Below the pieces are notes generated by a model. It was not told the DNA's origin, searched no databases, and saw only the letters and a list, made by a program, of their open reading frames with translations. DNA of 64,000 bases from Trypanosoma brucei. Its lineage: Eukaryota. Each line of letters starts with the position of its first letter. The first letter of the stretch is position 1. Position numbers and translations under genes: made by a program. The stretch is taken from the NCBI GenBank assembly GCA_000002445.1, contig CH464491.1, forward strand, positions 2,752,001 to 2,816,000. The letters are read 5' to 3'. Shown here piece after piece: positions 40,601 through 47,741 of the stretch.

Positions 40601-43600
40601 AAGCTAAGGTTAGGGAAGACACACTGAAGCAAGAGCTAGACGAGGCTATGGGACGGGAAACTGCTCTGGAGGAACAACTGCGCAATCTGTCGCAAGCAAC
40701 TATCGCACTACAAGGTACACTGTATGGTGGAGAAATGCCTACGGGGAATGATGGATCTGCCTTGGATGTTGGTCATGCTGCTATGAGTGCACTGGAGCGT
40801 ATGCGTGAGGACGCTGCTAAGGCATCGGGGGTCATGACTGCCGCTATGCAGGAAGGAGAAATGAGTGTACCCCTGTTAGCAAAATGCCACCATATGGCAG
40901 AGACCACGAATGCATTGAATGAGAACGACCGCGAGCTGCGGATGATGTCCAGAAACTTATCCTTTCAACTCTCTGTAGCTATGTTGTTTTTGGAAGAGGC
41001 TGAAGAACGACTAACCCATGTTGTTCGGTATGGATGGGTCCCGGCGAAAGTTGTTTCTGCCGCACTCTGTGGTTGGTTAGTGTTGTGTTGTGCGGGAGAT
41101 TTATTTCACTGCAGCTCTGGCGACACTATTTCTACCTTGGTTGATGTGCGGAAGGAGTTGGATGATCTTCGGAAGCTGTGTGGTTCTCAGAATGCCTTCG
41201 ATCACGGGGAAGTTGCGAATGTGTCGCGGTCGGAATGCTTGCTCGCGATTAAGCGATCCGTCGCTTCTCTTTGCGCTGATGGCGCCGCAGATCCGTCGTT
41301 ACCTCTCCCAACTCAGTTGCAGAAGTGCGTGCAGTCAACCGTGGACGAAATGTATCGCCTTCGTGATGACGCGGATAGTGCGTTGAGTGAAAACGTCAGA
41401 CTAAAACGGGATTTGCAGATGGTTGTCGGGGGCTGTGAAACCTCCCTCGAGTATTTGGGAAGTGCGTGTGGATCCTCTTTGTGTCCCGCACTCAGTCCGC
41501 GATCAGGTGTAGCAGCGGTGTCTAACCTCGTCGTAATGACGGCACGAATTGCAAGTGAGAAATTGTCGAGTCTGCGATCCGTGTGTGAGGAATGTAACTC
41601 TGTTATTGAGCGTGCCCGTAGGAGAGAAGAGCGGTCTCACTCGCGGGAGTCTTCGCCAGCGTCACATCGTGTAGAGGATGGCGCAGAGGCTTTACTTGTG
41701 GAGCGTTGCAAAGAGCTGGTGTCGGAGCTGCTCGTGTTGCGTACCGATCGACGGACTAGCACGGCTGCAATAGACCAGAGGCTTATGGAGAGTGAGTTGA
41801 TGGTGACATCCGTACGAAATGCCATAGAGAACCTACGAACTTCCCTTGATATCGATGTACCTATCGGCACACCTGCCCTGGATTTAGTAAGGACTTCTGG
41901 TAGTTGTGGAGAAGCAGTTGAAGGTGCTATCAGTGAGAAAAGGCAAGTTTCCGCCACCGGACCGAGTTTAGCGGAACTGGACACCTCTATCCGTACCCAG
42001 CTCGAACTCTGCGTGCTTGCAGTGATCAGACAATTACGTGAAAAGGACCGGGTAATTTCCGCTGCGGCAACTTTGTTGGGAGATGCGCTGCGTTCATGCT
42101 CCAGTGCCATTAGAGACGAAGTTACTACTGATTCGCTTTTAGCGGTTGCAAGCGGTACTGCTCACAGTCTGCACTCCCTATTCTCAGAGTTACAGAGTGT
42201 TCGTGCGTCGCTTAAACAATCGCAGCACCACACGGAAGAGCTGCGTACGCGGTTGGAGGGGGGAGAAACAACGCAGCTGGCAACTCTGGAGGCGCAGACG
42301 GAGTCAGTTGCCACAGCGGAACGGCTACTTAATGAGGCACTACAACGACAAGTTGCGGCATCAGCGCAAACAGCAAGACTACAGCGGACGCTCATGGACT
42401 TCGCAGGAAGCATAGCAGCTTCAACGCTTTATGCTGACGATGCAGGTGACCGCGTTGATAAAACGGGAGATGTGGGGGCGTCGGTTTCCGTAGTGGAAGA
42501 GAGATGGCTAGACGGTATTGTAAGGCACGTTGCTCAGCGCATGCAGGAGTCTGAAAGTCTTAAGGGAAAGCTGAAGTTGGTTACATCAGAATTGGAGAGT
42601 GTACGAATAAGGATGACCGCTACTGAGGTGGCTGCACGGGAAGCAGAATTGAATGCGCAGAGTGTGGAAGTCGGTAATCTCACGCGGATAGCTGAAGCAA
42701 CGGCTCGTGTCGAGTTACTTCGCAACGCACTCAGTGAAAGAAGCGTGGAGTTGCAGAAGATGCACCAGCGTGTAGAGCGTCATGAGAAACAGGTGGAAAC
42801 TCTGAAGGCGGAGATTTCAAACGATGCGCGTTCTTTTGACAACGAGCGCTGCAGCCTCCTGCGAGCGCAATCCACGTTGCTAGCAGAAAATACACTGAAA
42901 CAGCAACAACTGGATGAACTTCGCCAAAAGCTATGGGAAGGTGAGAAAAGTCTCCACGAGTTCCTTCATAATTCTCGAGTGGTGTCGTTGGTCGATGCCA
43001 CAAATAAAATACGGAGCCTCTCGGCCAACGCCGTGTGCGGGGTTTTAATGCTTGACGAAATGGAGCGACGCTCCGAGATACTTCAGAGCTATATACTGAG
43101 TTTCCCGACGCAGGAAAGTACCCTTCTGAGTGTTTGTGCTTGCATTGCTAGCACCCTTTCTGAGCGTGAGGTGCAACGACTGCCTGACAGCGTGCACCGA
43201 CTTAACCAGCGGGTGCAGAAGTACAAACATTTGCTAGGAAACCCCACCAAAGTGCCAGGACCTACGCGAGCAGTGGCCGTTTTAGCCTTGCAAAAGTTGG
43301 CTGAAACAGTGGAGCTAGCGGAATCCGTGAGCAGCACATCCTTTGTTTCTAATTTGATCGCAGCCGTTGCCGATTTTCGGACTAGGTATCTAATAGCGAA
43401 CGAGCGGATAGCTAAACTGGAAAAGGAAGTGAATAGCGGCGGAACATTAATGGAGATGTGTGACAGACGGGTATGGGAAATGGTTAAGTTGCTCCGACAG
43501 GCCAACAGTGTCGGAGGGTTACACAGTGGGTCGCAGGAAGGGCCGCGGGGAGAGTGCCAAACCGACGTTGTAGACTTTTCAGTTGCTCAACTTGACGCCC

Positions 43601-46600
43601 TTCAGAGCTTGGCTTTAGAGTGTGGAATTGCTGCTAAATATATCCATCGTCATACCGAAGCAAACAGGAAGGCATTGGAAACTCTGCGTCATGTATATGA
43701 CGGCGAATCGATATTCGAAGCTTGTAGTCACGCCAATGAAATGATGATGAAGTACCGTGAGTCTGAGGAAGACTTGCGGGCTCAACTACTGGACGTACGT
43801 TCGCAGTTGGAAGCATGTCGACACAGCATTGAGGAAAGCTTTAGTGTGTTCGCCGAGACGAGTACGTTGAATGATGCTAAAAAGGTTGAGTTTCTCCAAC
43901 AACAGTGTGCTGCCGCTGCGGCGGAATTAAGGCGTCTCAAAGATGAAGCGCGCGTAGCACAGGGCCTTCTTGCAAGCGCTGGGCACGATACCCATGACGG
44001 TGATATCTGCAGGAACCTCGCAGAGTTGTTGAAAGAAGAAGAAAAGCAGCGAGAGTGTGTGAACCTACTCCAGTCGGAGAAGAAATGCGCGCGAAAGCAG
44101 TTGCAAGAATTAGGGAACAAACTGAGAGCAACGGAAGAAATGAGGAACGCTGAACTAGAAGAGGTGCAAAACCGCAATGACACATTGCGCACACGCTTGG
44201 AGGAACAGTCGAGGCAAAACAATGAATGGTGTCAATTTGTTTCGACATGTGCCGGTGTTGTTGGATGCCCTGTGGAGAACATGCAGTTTGAAAAGAGCAA
44301 AAATAAGATACTTCAAACTTTAAGGAATGTAGCCTCTTCGCAATCCGTATGCGCTGAGGCGGGAATACTCTGCACAACCGCGCAGGAGGAACAACTGCAG
44401 TGCCATCGCGAGGGGGCGAACGCGGCCGTTGCGCGTCTGGACATGCCAGGTAGCGAAAGATACCGCTGCCAACTGCTAGAGTTTGTGGGAAGTGTCGAAG
44501 AAGTCCTTTCCGAGTTGTGTCCCGAGAAGTCTGAAAGCTTTCTAACAACCAAAGATGCTCCTTTGGAGCTCCGCGTGTGCCAGGCGGCTGGACAACTGTG
44601 TTCGGCAAAAGATACTGTGCAGGCGAACATACAAAAACTGGAGGCTGAAATTGCTTCTGCCAAGAAGAAAAACAAAGCTCAAAAAAGAGAGATGGAAGAT
44701 GCGAGGAAGGCCCTTCACAAGGAACTTGAGGTTGGCGGCCCGGCGGTTGCATCTTGTGCTCTTTCAACACTTACTGAAGGCATTCGAAAAAAACTCCGTG
44801 AGACGCTTGACGAAAATCGAAAACTGGGAACGGCCTTGGAGGAGCTACGCATCGATAATGCGCAACTGGAGAGGACTCTAAGGTGTGTGGAACAACAACT
44901 CTCTGAGACGCATACGCAACTACAGTGCATCACAGAGTCAAATGGTGAATGCAGAGGTCAAAATGCCACCCTGCAGGAGAGAGTTGACCCGCTTACTGAA
45001 CCTACTGAAGAGGCTTCCAGGAAGTTCAGGAGCCCAACTCAGTCACCCGACATTGATGCTGATGCCGCCGGCCTTGCGCAAGTTCACGAAGTTTGCTTCG
45101 GTAGGGGGCCGAGCATACAACACCGCAGTGAGGAACCACGGGAGTTTGAGGATAATCTAAGGGGTAACTGCCGCAGTGATGCCGCTGCTGTGATGGACGT
45201 AGGTGTAGCGCCGAAAGAACAGCGTTCACTCCTGGAGAGGCTGCAGCAGGTGACCAAGGAACGCGACGTCTTGACATTGGAATCGGAAAAACTCGTTGAA
45301 CGTGTGCAGAGTGTGCTTTATGAGCACTTGAACGTCCAGCAGGAATTACTTTCCTATTGTAGTAACGCAAATGAAAATGAGTTGGGGGAAAGCGACACAA
45401 CCGTGGGGGATATTGTCCAGCTTTGCGTTGAGCGTCTGGAGCACTACCTCTCTGAAACAAAGACGCTGAGGGAAGACGCTACCTCCGCAAAACTAGAAAG
45501 CGCACGGATGGCAGAAGAGGTGGCTGCACTACGGGGTCGCATCAAACACCTCCAGGACGACAACCACGTAGCGGAACGGGACTCACTCAGGCAAAATGCA
45601 GAATTCGAGAGTCTGTCACGTCAGCTGCAGGCGTTCTTTAACGATGCATTGCACATGGCAGTCAATGACCTGCGACTCCGCTTGCCACCTGTCACAGACA
45701 CAAGCGCCATCGGGGCACTCTACGGTCTCCAGTCTCTTTTCGACTGCATGCTAAGTAAATGTCGTGATTCTATTGCTTTCGATGAAGAAAAGCTAAATTG
45801 CAGACTGAACGAACTGAAAGGAAAGCATGCGAAGGATTTAAAGAGTTTGCATCGCGTTTTTTGCGCCCACGTGACGACGTACACGGACGACCCAAATGAC
45901 GAGGACTCTGCTCGTAGCGAAGGTGACGGCAGCAGTCCCGTCAATTTGCCCACCACCGACAGGCTCAGCGGAGGGCTCACACCAGAACATATTGTTGCTG
46001 CGGGAGACGCACTGCATCACGTGCACAGCAACGTTTGTCACATTGTATGGGCATGTATACGACATGCGGAGAGGGCGCCCCCTCCTTCATTACATACAAT
46101 GGGCCTACCCGCGCTAACAGCACTTTTAGGGGAGGTTGTCGTTGCCTCACTAGAGCGGGCGGAGCTGCTGCAAGGGGCGATGGTGGCTGGGTCGAGGGCA
46201 CTTGGAATTCTTCCAGTGGACCCTTCTTTAAACCAGCAGCACATGGAGGAATGGTTAGAATGTTTTACCTCAGAAATTCAGCGCGTTCAGCGAAGCGGTG
46301 AAGGTTGTGAGCTCTTGCTTAATCATTTAGAGATTCTCCTACAAGACCACGGGATCAGCGTCGGAGAGTTAGTCAGCAACAGCCGCAGCCAAAGCACACT
46401 CAGTAATGTTGGTCGACTTTCACAAGACAACCAACTTGGCTCACCCCGTGGTCCCAGCAGCAGCGTGGCGGTGCAGGATGTCATGGAGTTTCGCTCTCGT
46501 GCACTGCTCGGTGCGTTGCGCGACCTTATTGCACAATTTGAGCACCGCTACAGCACACTGACGTCCGAGTGGCAGGCACTAACAGATCAAAACAACCGGC

Positions 46601-46905
46601 TCAAGACTTCACAGCAGGCAAATGAGGAGGAGTTTGCACGCGTCCAGGAGCAAATGCAAGAGCTGCGGCATGCTGTAAGAAAGAAGGTTGAAGACGACCG
46701 CAAAGTGGAGCAGAGCTTACGTGATCTAGACAACCATCTCGACATGCAAGCAAGGGAGCTTGCCATGAAGTATCGTGCAGACCAAGAGGCGATTTCCAGG
46801 CAGTTTGCAGAGTTGCGTGGGTCGATTCGCAGGGTGGTAATACCAACACAAGAGCAGTTGGGGACGCCGTCTCCGAAATACGATTTCGTGTACCCTAGGG
46901 AATAA
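34654..46905 (+). CDS. Giant repeat-containing protein (4083 aa). The N-terminal ~960 aa are non-repetitive. The central section holds about 4.5 near-identical 168-aa tandem repeats plus older diverged copies. The C-terminal ~2000 aa are a coiled-coil-rich region. It is probably a cytoskeletal or flagellar structural protein.
   Basis: ATG at 34654 and a single 12.25-kb ORF. The repeat unit is STRAQCLQGIESALAVLGTTEAEMPLASAIQRAAEEAKVREDTLKQELDEAMGRETALEEQLRNLSQATIALQGTLYGGEMPTGNDGSALDVGHAAMSALERMREDAAKASGVMTAAMQEGEMSVPLLAKCHHMAETTNALRDSEKHYRALVGEDVKKDSGSTGTDDS. Copies start at 37549, 38053, 38557, 39061 and 39565, the last one partial. The C-terminal region has E/L/R/Q-rich heptads. Confidence 0.9.
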   Translation: MPFAPQGPVMDLYNSDEGDLLAIRSEMWMCADSEKMFKVGAGRGSKNIVSIENGHFFVYSTCGKQSRLIKDVPFHSVKRTASFVHDPKVSGASTVSGMQTAASSSSSSARSRDRRADVQVPPYYYLVLEFVRDKTVAESTNLAKREHVVLCTDNVQDFQYWQQFVGRYKCQLNRTQRPDESVVGGRRSGKGCVKSASHKECDDSGSDETNLDISTLTMKLDELQEWKRIAVDLADAVASSGAFPNCRRESLSNTEPNVEFSLKYVEKLLGELRKGVDCRLNTLNETQPPLPLVKDLKQQLELWNSLYDRTFSDDRTSEARGLFTKERQQVRVQRMENIIARERTEGCTKLSPVVSRRELVTSPEEWLQLPCLSTLSDADSAQNLVGGQREGGVLDGSAITLLSSSTVHADAPQEVWQRERNLSSANEGDMFAELRAAHRNLGLRSAPQHEFHQLEREKKNTERLAREGLRAYTEATIVLLQACYSEYVTVVECVLSAISGGVDTRGERRLVTAYAHLQTVAALDEARRAATAKQTLLENLVNELKDLQKTRDEEINALRKTFFRAKDGWESDLAVLQTKLRTLQNTMTQTTVVVPSDTVSFPPLERALCGGESSQELGRDSGEDKVSNTKIESVDKASYDECDEADSDESIRRWATRLTCSHGEQRGHIIAFRLERFFHWTLENVVPLCSGADTNCLLELVMRALSNHITLLQAAGEVFGTQDVKVSVDDNGVRESRDLCSSIRDLHTQHSTLKHLVGKYIALTENEEDSPVLRCDELEKQLQLHQFNTATLDHINSLLGTDNMTIKRRIQDMIQNEEQLLRIQEITGSKREICTVQHVRQKHEELRQMSELINRLDQSRMHQEKDLTTQNYEAFTQMNTSVKKAEEIIENTTKKYNELQLRIDFDKIEFNERLQIVHEYYNEHPQHYHNNKINKQIEELNEIIEKQQNLIGHQDKKEKKTERNSSTRAQCLQGIESALAVLGTTEAEMPLASAIQRAAEEAKVREDTLKQELDEAMGRETALEEQLRNLSQATIALQGTLYGGEMPTGNDGSALDVGHAAMSALERMREDAAKASGVMTAAMQEGEMSVPLLAKCHHMAETTNALRDSEKHYRALVGEDVKKDSGSTGTDDSSTRAQCLQGIESALAVLGTTEAEMPLASAIQRAAEEAKVREDTLKQELDEAMGRETALEEQLRNLSQATIALQGTLYGGEMPTGNDGSALDVGHAAMSALERMREDAAKASGVMTAAMQEGEMSVPLLAKCHHMAETTNALRDSEKHYRALVGEDVKKDSGSTGTDDSSTRAQCLQGIESALAVLGTTEAEMPLASAIQRAAEEAKVREDTLKQELDEAMGRETALEEQLRNLSQATIALQGTLYGGEMPTGNDGSALDVGHAAMSALERMREDAAKASGVMTAAMQEGEMSVPLLAKCHHMAETTNALRDSEKHYRALVGEDVKKDSGSTGTDDSSTRAQCLQGIESALAVLGTTEAEMPLASAIQRAAEEAKVREDTLKQELDEAMGRETALEEQLRNLSQATIALQGTLYGGEMPTGNDGSALDVGHAAMSALERMREDAAKASGVMTAAMQEGEMSVPLLAKCHHMAETTNALRDSEKHYRALVGEDVKKDSGSTGTDDSSTRAQCLQGIESALAVLGTTEAEMPLASAIQRAAEEAKVREDTLRQELDEAMGRETALEEQLRNLSQATIALQGTVCEDGADVSCDISTFDLCSVAFLSLGVIESAFECSISREVSLKKQVEEAHKREVALRSRLKSLASAATAVQSTLDGNASPERVSPKESSICSGDEVDGDDAFVDPFVAVQRAAEESKACRNALEEKLKEGAARIDAVEGRLLQLSRSIICLHSKLFDAEIGGNGEERAVELSELALVAADAIENAFECSISREVSLKKKVEEAHKREVALKTRLKCLVGAATAVQCTLEGGNYSCTADDPLSLSGCDMSASTNLDDSVLGSVAAIQRAAEEAKVREDTLKQELDEAMGRETALEEQLRNLSQATIALQGTLYGGEMPTGNDGSALDVGHAAMSALERMREDAAKASGVMTAAMQEGEMSVPLLAKCHHMAETTNALNENDRELRMMSRNLSFQLSVAMLFLEEAEERLTHVVRYGWVPAKVVSAALCGWLVLCCAGDLFHCSSGDTISTLVDVRKELDDLRKLCGSQNAFDHGEVANVSRSECLLAIKRSVASLCADGAADPSLPLPTQLQKCVQSTVDEMYRLRDDADSALSENVRLKRDLQMVVGGCETSLEYLGSACGSSLCPALSPRSGVAAVSNLVVMTARIASEKLSSLRSVCEECNSVIERARRREERSHSRESSPASHRVEDGAEALLVERCKELVSELLVLRTDRRTSTAAIDQRLMESELMVTSVRNAIENLRTSLDIDVPIGTPALDLVRTSGSCGEAVEGAISEKRQVSATGPSLAELDTSIRTQLELCVLAVIRQLREKDRVISAAATLLGDALRSCSSAIRDEVTTDSLLAVASGTAHSLHSLFSELQSVRASLKQSQHHTEELRTRLEGGETTQLATLEAQTESVATAERLLNEALQRQVAASAQTARLQRTLMDFAGSIAASTLYADDAGDRVDKTGDVGASVSVVEERWLDGIVRHVAQRMQESESLKGKLKLVTSELESVRIRMTATEVAAREAELNAQSVEVGNLTRIAEATARVELLRNALSERSVELQKMHQRVERHEKQVETLKAEISNDARSFDNERCSLLRAQSTLLAENTLKQQQLDELRQKLWEGEKSLHEFLHNSRVVSLVDATNKIRSLSANAVCGVLMLDEMERRSEILQSYILSFPTQESTLLSVCACIASTLSEREVQRLPDSVHRLNQRVQKYKHLLGNPTKVPGPTRAVAVLALQKLAETVELAESVSSTSFVSNLIAAVADFRTRYLIANERIAKLEKEVNSGGTLMEMCDRRVWEMVKLLRQANSVGGLHSGSQEGPRGECQTDVVDFSVAQLDALQSLALECGIAAKYIHRHTEANRKALETLRHVYDGESIFEACSHANEMMMKYRESEEDLRAQLLDVRSQLEACRHSIEESFSVFAETSTLNDAKKVEFLQQQCAAAAAELRRLKDEARVAQGLLASAGHDTHDGDICRNLAELLKEEEKQRECVNLLQSEKKCARKQLQELGNKLRATEEMRNAELEEVQNRNDTLRTRLEEQSRQNNEWCQFVSTCAGVVGCPVENMQFEKSKNKILQTLRNVASSQSVCAEAGILCTTAQEEQLQCHREGANAAVARLDMPGSERYRCQLLEFVGSVEEVLSELCPEKSESFLTTKDAPLELRVCQAAGQLCSAKDTVQANIQKLEAEIASAKKKNKAQKREMEDARKALHKELEVGGPAVASCALSTLTEGIRKKLRETLDENRKLGTALEELRIDNAQLERTLRCVEQQLSETHTQLQCITESNGECRGQNATLQERVDPLTEPTEEASRKFRSPTQSPDIDADAAGLAQVHEVCFGRGPSIQHRSEEPREFEDNLRGNCRSDAAAVMDVGVAPKEQRSLLERLQQVTKERDVLTLESEKLVERVQSVLYEHLNVQQELLSYCSNANENELGESDTTVGDIVQLCVERLEHYLSETKTLREDATSAKLESARMAEEVAALRGRIKHLQDDNHVAERDSLRQNAEFESLSRQLQAFFNDALHMAVNDLRLRLPPVTDTSAIGALYGLQSLFDCMLSKCRDSIAFDEEKLNCRLNELKGKHAKDLKSLHRVFCAHVTTYTDDPNDEDSARSEGDGSSPVNLPTTDRLSGGLTPEHIVAAGDALHHVHSNVCHIVWACIRHAERAPPPSLHTMGLPALTALLGEVVVASLERAELLQGAMVAGSRALGILPVDPSLNQQHMEEWLECFTSEIQRVQRSGEGCELLLNHLEILLQDHGISVGELVSNSRSQSTLSNVGRLSQDNQLGSPRGPSSSVAVQDVMEFRSRALLGALRDLIAQFEHRYSTLTSEWQALTDQNNRLKTSQQANEEEFARVQEQMQELRHAVRKKVEDDRKVEQSLRDLDNHLDMQARELAMKYRADQEAISRQFAELRGSIRRVVIPTQEQLGTPSPKYDFVYPRE
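37545..39796 (+). repeat. Tandem array of a 504-bp unit (about 4.46 copies) inside the giant CDS. Copies differ by only 1-2 nucleotides.
   Basis: Unit starts, taken as the TCTACACGTGCCCAGTGCCTACAAGG landmark, are at 37549, 38053, 38557, 39061 and 39565. The period is exactly 504 bp. Copy 1 carries a TGT/TGC synonymous difference near 37936. Copy 5 carries an AAG-to-AGG change (K to R) near 39696 and diverges after about 39790. Confidence 0.95.
39871..40482 (+). repeat. Two diverged ~462-bp repeat copies related to the 504-bp unit (older, decayed copies).
   Basis: ATTGAAAGTGCTTTTGAGTGTTCAATATCTCGTGAAGTCTCCCTGAAGAAACAGGTGGAAGAGGCTCATAAAAGAGAAGTTGCGCTCAGG at 39871 matches ATTGAAAACGCTTTTGAGTGTTCAATATCTCGTGAAGTTTCCCTGAAGAAAAAGGTGGAAGAGGCTCATAAAAGAGAAGTTGCCCTTAAA at 40333 at about 90% identity. 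Each is followed by AVQRAAEESK and AIQRAAEEAK-like segments that echo the main unit. Confidence 0.8.
40577..40913 (+). repeat. Additional detached partial copy (~337 bp) of the 504-bp unit. It is near-identical to the array copies and sits 0.8 kb downstream.
   Basis: The stretch GCAATTCAGCGTGCTGCCGAGGAAGCTAAGGTTAGGGAAGACACACTGAAGCAAGAGCTAGACGAGGC...ACCACGAATGCATT matches the array unit from the AIQRAAEEAK motif through HMAETTNAL. Confidence 0.9.
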
Positions 46906-47268
46906 TTGTGTACACATATATGTGTGTTTCCAAGCTTGTTAGCTCGCTGAGTTTGGTTTTTTTAAAAAAAAAAGAGCTCGGCGTTTGACGATTGTGCAAT
47001 TAGGTGGGAAATCTAGCAGAAGAAAGGAGGAAAGAACGGTGCAGAGTGGTCACGACGTGAGGAAAATTGAAGATCTTGTGACAGACACGGGTGTGGCCGC
47101 TTTTCTATGAAAAGGAAAAACATACACAATGTCGTCTTGTGGCCGATGGTATTGTTTACTATCTGACTTTTATTATATTTGGCCTTTTTCTAAATAATTT
47201 CTTTATCCTCTTACTTCGTTCCCCTCCTCATTTTCCAGACGTGAATTCCTCCAAACGGTCCTATAACA

Positions 47269-47320
47269 TCACTTTATCCTTTATGCTTCTCTTTTGTTTT
47301 TTTGGTTCAGTTTCTTGTAG
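47269..47320 (+). promoter_or_regulatory. Polypyrimidine tract ending in AG upstream of the GH65 fusion gene. A second tract lies at 47186-47237.
   Basis: actttatcctttatgcttctcttttgtttttttggttcagtttcttgtag. Confidence 0.45.
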
Positions 47321-47741
47321 CCTCACTGGGTGAAAGCGGGTTGTGGTTAACGAGAAAAAGCAAGCAGATAAGGGTTACCTGCAAAAACTGTTGGATCCTC
47401 TTGGGGGATCGAAGTGAGTACGTCGCCCTTTAGCGCAAGCGGGGCAAACTGGGAGGGTGAAGGAAAAAAACACGGGTGCGCACAAACGGAGTTGTCTTGT
47501 TGTAGTTCAGTCGTGCTTCCGCAGATACGGTTGTAATTCCTAGGGGTTGCAAACCGAGAGAAAACGGGGACTACGCCGGCCAAGGCGTGGATATTAAAGA
47601 GCGGCAAACCATTGATCACATATCCATACCGGTTAGCTATCCCCTTCCTATACATACATACACGCAAACACACTCCGCTTGCATATATAGACATCATACG
47701 CTAAGGTGTAACTGGTCTTGATTCTACCGGTGCAAGTCACT

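Noticed and set aside
37545-40913. Whether the regularly spaced, near-identical 504-bp repeats could be a CRISPR-like array or a satellite.
   Set aside because: The repeats are in-frame and coding (168 aa each, with no spacers) inside a continuous 12-kb ORF. The organism is eukaryotic. This is a protein tandem repeat, not a CRISPR array and not a non-coding satellite.
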